A stretch of 64,000 nucleotides of DNA, taken from NCBI GenBank assembly GCA_965649265.1, contig CBFGKC010000015.1:1-64000 (forward strand), given 5' to 3'. The DNA is from a candidate division WOR-3 bacterium. Lineage in GTDB: Bacteria > Hydrothermota > Tepidihabitantia > B3-TA06. This document shows, piece after piece, positions 30,390-40,600 of this stretch; position 1 is the first letter of the stretch, and every line of letters starts with the position of its first letter. The notes under the pieces are model-generated. The model saw only the letters and a list, made by a program, of their open reading frames with translations, was not told the origin of the DNA and made no database searches. Made by a program: the position numbers and the translations under genes.

Positions 30390-30565
30390 ACTCCCCCCCC
30401 TTGACAATTACTGGATTTTGATTAGATTTAGATATTAGCTTAGAATCGTTCGAAATAGTTCTGTCTGAGGGCAGAGTACAAAGAGTATCGAGAGAGTATT
30501 ATGGGCGAACCACTTACTCTCCAGAAAATATTAGACAACAAAAAAACTCCAACTAGGAGGAGTAT

Positions 30566-32137
30566 ATGTTAAAAAAGGTAATCGGGATAACGCTTGCAGT
30601 ACTAGCGTTTGCAGCGTTTGTTCCCGGCCTTGATGCACAGCCTGTGAATCTTGTATCTCAGGATTTCAACGCAGGCGTAACATTCCCGCCAACCGGCTGG
30701 ACAACCAACAACCAGCAGTGGCGCTACGCTATGAGTGGTGCGTCCTCATCATATCCCTATACCAACAACCCGAACTACACAGGCGGCTCAGGTTATTGCG
30801 CCGATTGCGATGACGATAACAACAACTATTCCAATCTCGTCTATCCCGGAAGCTGGTTGCAGACACCCGACTTCAACGCCTCCACATATACGGCGGTGTG
30901 GCTTGCTTACAATATATCCTACAACGACATAGGTGCCAACGACTGGGCCCGCGTCGAAGCGTGGGACGGCGAGTCATGGCAGACCGTGATTGAATACACA
31001 AGCGACGTGCAGGCCTACGGGCCCGGTCAGCGTGATTCGTTTGACATAACCCAGTGGGCCGCAGGTCTCTCGAGTGCCCGCGTTCGGTTCCTCTATTACG
31101 AGACGGCTAACACATGGGCATGGTGGTTCGAAATCGACAACGTCAGCATCTGGGGAACCGCAGGCGGCGGCCCCCAGGGCGAGGATTCTATAGACTTCCA
31201 GATGGCCCAGATCGTCCGGCCTATGGATGAGGAAGAGGCCAACGTTGCCTTCACTCCTACCTGCAAGGTTTACATGTGGAACAACATCCAGATAGACAGC
31301 ATAAACGCTCTGCTGGAAGAGCCCACATGGCCCGCGGACGTGCGCTGCAGGTTAACCGACCTTTCGAATATGCAGGTCGTGTACGACAAGGTTCTCAGCG
31401 ATGTTCCTTTCGCGAAAGGTTACACAACGGTAAGCGCATTCCCAGCGTTCACTCCCGAAGGCGGCAAGAAGTACAAAGCGCTCTTCGTCGTAACCGGCGT
31501 CGATGACTACGATCCCAGCAACGATAATCTGGAAAAGAACTGGTCGACCCTTACCGGCGAGGAAGTAACTCCTACCGAGATCATTACCCCTGCGGACAGC
31601 CAGGTAAATGCCTTCGCGCCCTCGGCTAAGTTCCTTGAGAAAGCCGGAATCGAAGAGGCCGCTGTGGTTCTTCACTATAAGGTTGAAGACGCGGCGTACC
31701 ATGCGGTGGTCAGCGAGGATTCAGTGACTCATGACTTCGCTGCTGATGAAGAGTACACGGCGACCTTCCCCGAGGTTTCGGGTCTTGAAGGTACCAGCTA
31801 CACCATCACCTTCTGGGCAACCAACGCCAAGGGTGACCCCATCAGCCATCCCGAACTCTCCAAGCCGTTCTCCTACACGGGTATTGGCGAGAAGCCTGAG
31901 CCCAAAGACTTCGCACTCGCGGTCTCCGGCAACGTGGTGACCTACACTCTTGCAAAGTCAACGAACGTCAGCCTCAAGGTGTACGACGCGGCCGGCAATT
32001 TAGTGAGCGTGCTTGCATCCGGATCCATGACGTCCGGTCTGTACACCGCGACACTCGATACTAAACCCGGCGTGTACTTCGTGAAGCTCGTCACACCTGA
32101 ATACTCAACCGTTCGCAAGGTTGCAGTAATCAAGTAA
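30566..32137 (+). CDS. Array protein 2
   Basis: Signal LDA|Q; FPPTGW...LQTPDF...WWFEIDNV; same stalk (FTPEGGKKYK) and CTD. Confidence 0.8.
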   Translation: MLKKVIGITLAVLAFAAFVPGLDAQPVNLVSQDFNAGVTFPPTGWTTNNQQWRYAMSGASSSYPYTNNPNYTGGSGYCADCDDDNNNYSNLVYPGSWLQTPDFNASTYTAVWLAYNISYNDIGANDWARVEAWDGESWQTVIEYTSDVQAYGPGQRDSFDITQWAAGLSSARVRFLYYETANTWAWWFEIDNVSIWGTAGGGPQGEDSIDFQMAQIVRPMDEEEANVAFTPTCKVYMWNNIQIDSINALLEEPTWPADVRCRLTDLSNMQVVYDKVLSDVPFAKGYTTVSAFPAFTPEGGKKYKALFVVTGVDDYDPSNDNLEKNWSTLTGEEVTPTEIITPADSQVNAFAPSAKFLEKAGIEEAAVVLHYKVEDAAYHAVVSEDSVTHDFAADEEYTATFPEVSGLEGTSYTITFWATNAKGDPISHPELSKPFSYTGIGEKPEPKDFALAVSGNVVTYTLAKSTNVSLKVYDAAGNLVSVLASGSMTSGLYTATLDTKPGVYFVKLVTPEYSTVRKVAVIK

Positions 32138-32173
32138 CAGAGCTTCGGAAAGGCACTTAAGCCCTTAAAATTC

Positions 32174-32203
32174 AAGGGGCGACCACGTGGTCGCCCCTTT
32201 TTT
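32174..32203 (+). terminator. Intrinsic terminator
   Basis: AAGGGGCGACC-ACGT-GGTCGCCCC followed by a T-run. Confidence 0.85.
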
Positions 32204-32390
32204 CAACTTGATTCAGTTGGTATCAACTTACCCTTTCCCCTATTGACAAAGGCATGATTTTGACTAAATTAAATGCAGGTATCTTTTCGATATCCAAGCA
32301 GAGGTGCTTGCGGGTAAATGGGTGTTTAAAAAACACCTCAAGCGTAAAGAAGAAGGAGCAACAAAACACTCCAATCTCAGGAGGATTATT

Positions 32391-33923
32391 ATGACCAAAA
32401 AGGTTTTAGTGATTGCGACCGCATTAATGCTCTTTGCGGCGCTTGCTCCCGGTGTCCTTAACGCTCAGATCGTCAGGGATACCGTATACAGGCAGAACTT
32501 CGACTCTACCTGGAACACATCGACCCCACCGACAAACTGGACTATCATCCATACGACCACAGGCGGTACTCCCGATGCAGTGACAACAGACGACTGGAAC
32601 AGGGCCTTGAGATCGGGTACGAATTACATGGCGCAGCTATATTGGGCGTATGAGACGGGTATTGACCGCCTCATATCTCCCCAGATGGACTGTTCTGACG
32701 CACAGTACACATCCGTATGGCTCAGGGTCTATCACTATTACAACTACTACGGCGGCGGTTACACCGCACAAATTCGCGGTTCTTCCGACAACGGCTCAAC
32801 CTATCCGGAAATACTCTTGTCCTACCCCAACGCCAACTATGGTCCGACGACCGAATTATTCGATATCTCCTCGTGGGCGCTAGGTCAGAACGACGTCCGT
32901 ATAGACTTCTACGGTTATGGCTACAGCTACAACATCAACTACTGGAACGTTGACGACTTCATGGTCTACGGCGAGTGGACCGAAGGCGGTGGAGAAGACA
33001 GCACAATTGATCTTCAGATGGCGGCGATAATCCGGCCCTATGACGAAGAAGAAGCCGGAGTTGCTTTCACGCCAACCTGCAAGATATTCAACACGGGCAC
33101 CGAGACCGAAGTTGCCGAGGTGCGCTGCAGGATTACTCGTCAGGATAACATGCAGGTCGTATACGATAAGGTGCTGAACGACTTCCCGTGCGATCCCGGC
33201 TATACGACTTGTTCGGCCTTCCCCAATTTCACTCCTGAAGGCGGAATGGTCTACAAGGCGTTGTTTGTAGTAACGCACCCTGAAGATTCCGATCCCAGCA
33301 ACGACAATATGGAGAAACGCTGGAGCGCGAGTGTAGGTGAGGAAGTGACGCCTACAGAGATTATCACTCCTGCGGATGTTCAACAGACTGCTTTCAAACC
33401 TTCAGCCAAGTTCGTGGAAAAGGCAGGAATCGATGAGGTCGGTATCTTCTTGCATTGCCGCATAGAGGGTCCCACGCTTGCTCTCGCATTCGAGGACTCC
33501 GTAACTCATGATTTCGGCGCGAACGAGGAATACACACCTTCCGACTTCCCTGAGGTTTCAGCTCTTGAAAACGGCACGTACACCGTTACTTTCTGGGCGA
33601 CAAACAAGGGAGGCGGACGCATAAGCGTTCCTCCATCCGGGCTTTCCAAGAACTTTGAATTCAGCGGCATTCTCGAAGAGCCCATCAAGGAACTTGCAAG
33701 CCTTGCCGTTGCAGGCAACACTGTGAATTACAGCCTTGCAAAAGCCACAATGGTGAGCCTGAAGGTCTACGACGCTTCCGGCCAGGTTGTAACGACGCTT
33801 GTATCCGGATCGAAAGCGGCGGGACCGTACACCGCTTCTTTGAATGTCAAATCCGGCGTTTATTTCGTAAAGCTTGTAACGCCCGATTACTCAATAGTAC
33901 GTAAGGTTGCAGTAATCAACTGA
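32391..33923 (+). CDS. Array protein 3
   Basis: AGGAGG RBS; signal LNA|Q; divergent head (PPTNW...LISPQMD...WNVDDF); same stalk and CTD. Confidence 0.8.
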   Translation: MTKKVLVIATALMLFAALAPGVLNAQIVRDTVYRQNFDSTWNTSTPPTNWTIIHTTTGGTPDAVTTDDWNRALRSGTNYMAQLYWAYETGIDRLISPQMDCSDAQYTSVWLRVYHYYNYYGGGYTAQIRGSSDNGSTYPEILLSYPNANYGPTTELFDISSWALGQNDVRIDFYGYGYSYNINYWNVDDFMVYGEWTEGGGEDSTIDLQMAAIIRPYDEEEAGVAFTPTCKIFNTGTETEVAEVRCRITRQDNMQVVYDKVLNDFPCDPGYTTCSAFPNFTPEGGMVYKALFVVTHPEDSDPSNDNMEKRWSASVGEEVTPTEIITPADVQQTAFKPSAKFVEKAGIDEVGIFLHCRIEGPTLALAFEDSVTHDFGANEEYTPSDFPEVSALENGTYTVTFWATNKGGGRISVPPSGLSKNFEFSGILEEPIKELASLAVAGNTVNYSLAKATMVSLKVYDASGQVVTTLVSGSKAAGPYTASLNVKSGVYFVKLVTPDYSIVRKVAVIN

Positions 33924-33961
33924 CAAGACTTGCGAAGATACGCTGAACCTTTCTAAGATTC

Positions 33962-33992
33962 AAGGGGCGACCTTGCGGTCGCCCCCTTGTTT
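33962..33992 (+). terminator. Intrinsic terminator
   Basis: GGGGCGACC-TTGC-GGTCGCCCC, same stem as at 32174. Confidence 0.8.
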
Positions 33993-34297
33993 GGAATTGA
34001 ACCTTTGTGCTAAGTGCGAATACAACTCTTTGATTCTCCTTTACTTAAAAATCAAATAACAATCAACTCTGGCATTTGCTGATTTTTTAAGGGTAGTAAT
34101 TGTGAGAACGGACTCTTTTTAAAAACACAAGCTCTTGACAAAATTGATATTTGGATTAAATTTAGACCTGAGAAAGAATACTCGTGAGTTTTGTTTTACG
34201 AGTAAAGGCGGTCCTTTAAATCTCTTTAAAAAAGAGGAGTAGGGATCGTGCGGTGTTAGGATTAATAAGCTTAAAACGAATACCCAGGAGGTATAGA

Positions 34298-35851
34298 ATG
34301 CCTAAAAAAATAGTCGGAATAGTGATGGCTGTCGTATTGGCGGTCGTCCTAGTTCCAAGTCTTAGTGCACAGCCAGACACGCTTTTAATACAGGGGTTTG
34401 AAACCACTCCGTTTCCACCAACGGACTGGTACCAGGTGATAAACAACACTGCTTCCCAAACATATCCCGGCACATGGTTCCGTGGGAACTATTCATCGAC
34501 GCAGTTCCATCATGGAACCTATGGCAGTTACTGCTGGTGGAGCAATGCCACTCAGAATGAATGGATGGTTACGCCGCAGCTCAACCTCACAGGCTACCAG
34601 GCCAACACCCATCAAGTTCTGCTTAGATTTTACAGCGCCTTCTACAGGACCACTGCGACTACCTTGCATAACTACATCTGCATTTCAAATAACAATGGCA
34701 GCAACTGGCAAGACACCGTTGATTGTCCTATCCACACCGTTGCCGGTTCGGGATGGGTCTACATTAATGACAACCCCAACCCGTTGGTGTATGATATTAG
34801 TGACCACATCGGCCAGACCATCAGGATCGGCTGGAACTACTACTATAACGGCGGCGGTGGAAGCCGCGGCGTATGGTCCTTTGACGATGTACTCGTGACC
34901 GTTACTGATACAACCTCCGGTGGACCCGGCGGGGATTCTCTCGATCTCGAGATGGTAAACGTCATCAGGCCGAATACCGAAGAAGAGGGCGGCGTCGCCT
35001 TTACACCCGGCTGCAAGATATACAACAATCTCGATACGCAGGTTGTTGCTGAAGTGAGAGCCAGATTTACCGATCTCTCCAACATGCAGGTGGTCTATGA
35101 TAAGGTTCTTTCTAGCTTCCCGTGCGATCCGGGCTACACGACTTGCCAGGCTTTTCCTGACTTCACTCCCGAAGGCGGTAAGAATTACAAGGCTTTGTTT
35201 GTCGTGACCAACGAGAATGACGTAAACCCGGCCAACGATAATATAGAGAAAAACTGGAGCGCAGTGGTCGGTATAGACGTGACACCCATAGAGGTCCTCG
35301 CGCCTGCGGACGACCAGGTGAACGGTTTTGCGCCTTCCGCCAAATACGCGGAAAGAGCCGGGATGGAGATTTCGGCCAACTTGATTTGCAAGATCGAAGA
35401 CGGAACCTACCACTCGATAATCTACGCCGATACCCTCTCGCACGACTTTGCAGGCAACGACACATTCATCGCGGTGTTCAATGATGCTCCTATGCCGGGA
35501 ACCGGAAGCTACAAGATAACATTCTGGGCCGAGAACCCTGTAGATGGCTCTAACATCAGCCAGCCGTCGGCGGTGAAGGACTTCAATTACGAAGGCGTTC
35601 TTGAGAACCCTGCGCCTTTGAAATATGACCTTTCGGTAACAGGGTCAAGCGTAAGCTTTAACCTTGCCAAGGCCACGACGGTGAGCCTGAAGGTCTATGA
35701 TGCAGCTGGTAACCTTGTTGCTAATCTTGCATCGGGTTCAATGGAAGCAGGTTCACACATCGCTCGCTTGAACCTCAAGTCCGGCGTGTACTTCGTAAAG
35801 CTCGTTACACCCGAATACTCGACCGTTCGCAAGGCTACGATTCTTAACTAA
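34298..35851 (+). CDS. Array protein 4
   Basis: Signal LSA|Q; QGFETTPFPPTDW...QNEWMVTP...WSFDDV (choice-of-anchor-J-like); same stalk and CTD. Confidence 0.8.
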   Translation: MPKKIVGIVMAVVLAVVLVPSLSAQPDTLLIQGFETTPFPPTDWYQVINNTASQTYPGTWFRGNYSSTQFHHGTYGSYCWWSNATQNEWMVTPQLNLTGYQANTHQVLLRFYSAFYRTTATTLHNYICISNNNGSNWQDTVDCPIHTVAGSGWVYINDNPNPLVYDISDHIGQTIRIGWNYYYNGGGGSRGVWSFDDVLVTVTDTTSGGPGGDSLDLEMVNVIRPNTEEEGGVAFTPGCKIYNNLDTQVVAEVRARFTDLSNMQVVYDKVLSSFPCDPGYTTCQAFPDFTPEGGKNYKALFVVTNENDVNPANDNIEKNWSAVVGIDVTPIEVLAPADDQVNGFAPSAKYAERAGMEISANLICKIEDGTYHSIIYADTLSHDFAGNDTFIAVFNDAPMPGTGSYKITFWAENPVDGSNISQPSAVKDFNYEGVLENPAPLKYDLSVTGSSVSFNLAKATTVSLKVYDAAGNLVANLASGSMEAGSHIARLNLKSGVYFVKLVTPEYSTVRKATILN

Positions 35852-35872
35852 ACTTTAAGTCAAAGCTTCTTT

Positions 35873-35903
35873 GGAGGCCGGTTTGAAACCGGCCTCCTTT
35901 TTT
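35873..35903 (+). terminator. Intrinsic terminator
   Basis: GGAGGCCGGT-TTGAA-ACCGGCCTCC followed by a T-run. Confidence 0.85.
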
Positions 35904-36071
35904 GGAAGTCTATGGCTGAGTCTTGGTTCCTGTAATAAGCTTCTTGATCTCGGTCACTATCTTCCGTCGAAAGGACAGGCTACTCTTGACAATCGGCACA
36001 ACTTACGTTAAGCTCAACGTGATGAGATCATCAGGACCCAGCACGGAAAACTTCGTGAATTTAGACTTCCC

Positions 36072-36160
36072 ATTATCGGGGTCCCCAAGGAAACACGGAG
36101 TGTTTTCGTGGGGTAAATTATCGGGGTCCCCAAAGAAACACCGAGTATTTCTTTGGGGTA
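36072..36160 (+). repeat. Two tandem 45-bp copies of the GGGGT-CCCC hairpin element in the mutM leader
   Basis: ATTATCGGGGTCCCCAA(G/A)GAAACAC(G/C)GAGT(G/A)TTT...TGGGGTA twice. Confidence 0.85.
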
Positions 36161-36166
36161 TCTGCC

Positions 36167-37009
36167 TTGCCTGAGATACCAGAACTCGAAGTGTTAAGGG
36201 AGAACCTTTCCTCAGCTATCCTCAATAAAAGTGTTGCAGCTATAAGGATTCTCAAACCTTATATCCAAAAGACCCTGGTTCCAGACGATGTCACGGGTCA
36301 ACGTGTCACGGCAGTCGAACGCCGGGCCAAGTATGTAAGCATTCTCCTCGAACGAGTGAGGATTGTAGTGCACCTTATGCTTGCAGGAAGATTCAGGCTT
36401 GTCGCTAAAGGCAAAAAGCCGCCGCCTTCAACAGCCGCGGTTGTCGAATTCGACGACGATACCGCGCTCGCCCTGACAGAGGAGGGGAGTCTTAAAAAGA
36501 TGAGCATGTGGGTACTGGATATCTCTCAGAACGTTGACGATCTCAAGGAACTCGGTGTCGAGCCCCTATCCGCAGGTTTCACTCCGGAGAAGTTGATTTA
36601 TCTGCTTTCAAGATCACGAGAGAGGGTCAAGAACTTCCTTTTGAATCAGGAGAATCTGGCCGGAATAGGAAACGCATATTCGGACGAGATACTCTGGCAT
36701 GCCCGCCTCTCTCCAACAAAGCAAGCCTCTAAGCTCTCAATCGAAGAAGAGGAAAATCTGTACAAAGCCGTTGGAGAGGTGCTCAGAAAAGCAATCGAAG
36801 AGACCCGCAAGGTCACTGGTTCCAGGGTGGAGATAAATGAATCGAGGCCGTTTCTTAAAGTGCACCGCCGCAAGGGTCAGCCCTGTCCGCGCTGTGGCGC
36901 AAGGATTGAATGGATATCAACCATGTCCCGGGATACATTCTATTGCCCCAAATGCCAGACGGGGGGGAGGGTTCTGGCAGACCAGAGAACTTCTAAGTTC
37001 CTGAAGTAG
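36167..37009 (+). CDS. mutM: Fpg/Nei DNA glycosylase
   Basis: N-terminal PEIPE, RRAKY, HLM.AG, GIGNAYSDEIL (H2TH), CPRC...CPKCQ zinc finger. Confidence 0.9.
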   Translation: MPEIPELEVLRENLSSAILNKSVAAIRILKPYIQKTLVPDDVTGQRVTAVERRAKYVSILLERVRIVVHLMLAGRFRLVAKGKKPPPSTAAVVEFDDDTALALTEEGSLKKMSMWVLDISQNVDDLKELGVEPLSAGFTPEKLIYLLSRSRERVKNFLLNQENLAGIGNAYSDEILWHARLSPTKQASKLSIEEEENLYKAVGEVLRKAIEETRKVTGSRVEINESRPFLKVHRRKGQPCPRCGARIEWISTMSRDTFYCPKCQTGGRVLADQRTSKFLK

Positions 37010-37177
37010 GTTACTTGCCGCGAAAAGTCGTCGAGATATCGCCTTAAGTATAATCCGCTCAAATTATACATCTAATAATTTAGCATCGCAGACTATTTAT
37101 GAATGCTAATCATCTAGTACATTTACTAATGTAACAATCAAATTATAAGAATTTCGTTAGATGTTGTTTTTAAGCTT

Positions 37178-37440
37178 AGGATGTTTCTATTTTAATAAAG
37201 ATAATTATCATTTTATATAAAGCAATGTAGCCATCGTATACATCTATAACAATCGAATTAAGAATTATTTGCATTCGATGGGTTCAGCTTTAACAATCAT
37301 AAAACTGCAAATAAGTCATCAGGATATTCCTATCTTAACAAATATAATTATAATTTTAAATAAAGCAATGTAATCATCGTAAACATCAACAACAATGAAA
37401 CTAAAAATTATTTTGATTTGTTGAGTTCAGCTTTAACATT
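37178..37440. repeat. AT-rich degenerate direct repeat, about 120 bp x2, 143-bp period
   Basis: 37178-37298 vs 37321-37440 share AGGAT.TT.CTAT, TAAAGCAATGTA..CATCGTA.ACATC and GTTCAGCTTTAACA. Confidence 0.8.
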
Positions 37441-37451
37441 AACAACAATGA

Positions 37452-37496
37452 AAACATCCTATATCCTCTTGACAAATTAAACTTGCTGACTAAAAT
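37452..37496 (+). promoter_or_regulatory. AAACATCCTATA site + promoter of array gene 5
   Basis: AAACATCCTATA-N5-TTGACA-N16-TAAAAT; identical arrangement before gene 6. Confidence 0.7.
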
Positions 37497-37612
37497 TTCA
37501 TTTTTAAACAGGACCAAAGGTGCAATATGGAGGGAATAGGGCGTAGAATTCCTCCTGTACCTTACCCTCTGATTTCTTTTGCACCAAAAAACTTAAACCA
37601 AGGACGAGGAGC

Positions 37613-40600
37613 ATGAACAGGTCCAAAATCATCCTAACAATCTTTTTCCTGCTTCTGGCAGGAACCCTCGGCGCTCAAGTTACTCAGGCTTGGGTAGCGC
37701 GTTATAACGGCATGGGTAATGGTACCGACTACGGCCGTGCGGTCGGAGCTGATCCCTCTGGAAATGTTTACACGACGGGTTACAGTTACAACGGTTCAAA
37801 CTACGACATTGTAACCGTAAAGTACAACTCATCCGGTGTCCAGCAGTGGGCGGTAACCTACAACAGCCCTTACAACTCTACCGATTATCCTTATGCCATA
37901 TATGTTGACGCCTCAGGCAACGTATATGTCGCGGGATACACCTACAACACGAGCGGAAACGTGGACATGCTGACCCTGAAATACAACACCTCGGGAACGC
38001 TTCAATGGAACAGGCTTTTCAACGGTTCGAGCAACAGTTCCGATTATGGCTACGACATTACCGTTGACGCCTCAGGTAACGTCTATACTGCAGGTTACGC
38101 TTACAACATCAACAACTCGGTGTCATCCCCCGACATGGAAGTGGTTAAGTACAATTCTGCCGGTACACTGCAATGGGCCAGAGCATACAACGATCCGAAC
38201 AATTCATCCGACTATGGTCGCGCGGTCGCAGTCGACGGCTCGGGTAACGTATACATAGCGGGTTACGGTTACTACAATAACACGTCATACCCCGACGCCC
38301 TGATTGCCAAGTTCAACTCTGCCGGTGTATTTCAGTGGGTCGGCGTTTATGCGACTTCATTGAACTACTCCGATTACGGGTACGACGTGGCGGTAGACGG
38401 ATCAGGTAACGTTTACCTTGGCGGATACTCTTATATAACAAGCACGTCCAACGCCGACTTCATTATCGTAAAGTACAACACGTCGGGAACCCAGCTATGG
38501 ATGCGCAACTGGAACGGCCCTCAAAACTATTACGACTACGGATATTACATCAAATGCAACACGGCAGGCGATGTATGGATGGCCGGTTATGGCTATTATT
38601 CAAGTTCTTCATCCTACGATCTTGAGTTAGTCAAGTACAACGCTTCCGGAACTTTTCAGTGGGCGGCTAACTACAATGGTACTTACGGAACTTACGACTA
38701 TATGACAACTCCGGGAAATATGCTGGCCATTGATGCTTCGGACAACGCTTACATCTGCGGTTACGGCTACGTGAGCAGCGGAAGTTACTATGATTATGAA
38801 ACAGTAAAATTCAACTCAGCCGGGGTTCAGCAGTGGGCCATGACCTATAATGGGCCGGGTGCCCAGTCCGACTACGCGTACTGGGTGGCGGTTGATGCGT
38901 CGAACAACGTCTACACAACGGGTTACAGCTATGGTTCCGGGACCGGGTACGACTTTGCGACAATAAAATACACGCAGGGGACGCCGGTAACACGCCAGCC
39001 GGACAGCTGGGTCAAGAACTCCGCAGAAGCCAACCCCGGCGGTTACATCGGCGACAACATATACGAGTATCCCACCCCCTCCGCCTCCCAGACAAAGGCG
39101 CAGACCGTCAACCCCGGCAGCACTGGCATCTATCACATCAGGCTGACTAACGACGGCACAGCCAGCGACAGCTTCAGGATTACCGGTCCATCGGCGCCCG
39201 GCAACTGGACTTACACCTATTACGACGCCCTCACCGGCGGTAATAACATCACCGCCGCCGTTACCGGCTCGGGCTGGAACTCCGGCGCAATCGCCACAAC
39301 CGCCTACAGGGAGATCCGCGTAGAAGTGACGCCTGCGGCATCGGTGGCGGGCGGTACCACGCAGAACGTGGACGTAACCTCCACTTCCATCAATGACGGA
39401 ACCAAACGCGACGTCGTAAGGGCTTCCACAACCACAACCTCCGCCAATCAGCCGGACAACCACATCAAGCTCTCATCCGAGGCTGCAACGCTGTACGTCG
39501 GCGACAATGTCTACAACCTGGACGGAACCAACCAGACGAAGACGATGCAGGTCGATCCTTTGCAGGTCGCGAGCTACACCGTCCGCATCCAGAATGACGG
39601 CAACGCATCGGACAATATGACTGTTACAGGAACGGCCGGCAATACGAACTTCACCGTTGCTTACTACGACGCTGCGACCGGAGGTAATAACATAACCTCC
39701 TCGGTGACAGGCTCAGGCTGGACGACAGGCTCGCTCGCGGTCGGCGCGACGAGAGAGATAAGGTTAGAGGTCACCCCTGCGGCCTCCGCGACTCCAGGCA
39801 GTACTTATGATGTTCTGGTGACCTCGCGCTCGGGTCTTGATGCAAACAAACGCGACGCCGTCAGTGCCTCGACGAATGTTTTGAACCACAGACCGGATAA
39901 TCACATCAAACTTTTTTCCGAGGCATCATCCGCGTATGTCGGCGACAATGTCTACAACCTGGATGGAACGAACCAGACCAAATCCCTGACCACAAACGCC
40001 GGGTCGCCAGCCGTGTACCATATAAGGATCCAGAACGACGGCAACGTAGCCGAGGCCTACACGATTACTGGTACCGGCAACGGAACCACCGCTCACGCCT
40101 CGTGGACGGTTCGGTACTATGATGCTCTTACAGGCGGCAACGAGATCACCTCATCGGTTACAGGTGCAGGCTGGTCCACGGGCTCGCTTGCCATCGGTGC
40201 GACGAAAGAGATACGAGTCGAGGTAACGGCCAACGCAGCCGCATGGGGTTTTGAGAGCTATCCGGTTCTTGTAATCTCAACAGCCCCCGGGTACGGCTCA
40301 GTCAAGGATGCGGTAAGAGCCACGACAACCGTGCGTGATTTCTACCAGCCCGACAACCTCGTAAAGAGAGCGGATAACACCACCTACACGGGCGACGGAA
40401 TCTACAATGCTGACGGAACCGATCAGACGGCTTCCTACATCTCCAACTTCTGGGATACAAAGGTGTTCCACGTCCGCATAGAGAACGACTCCAACACCGT
40501 TGATACGTATAACGTGACCGGTACAGGAGACGGCGGCAGCGGCTGGACGGTTAAATACTACGATGCCCTGACCGGTGGTGCCGACATCACATTCCAGGTC

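Noticed and set aside
37178-37440. Possible CRISPR leader or degenerate array
   Set aside because: The units are about 120 bp, AT-rich and similar along their length, not short repeats with spacers.
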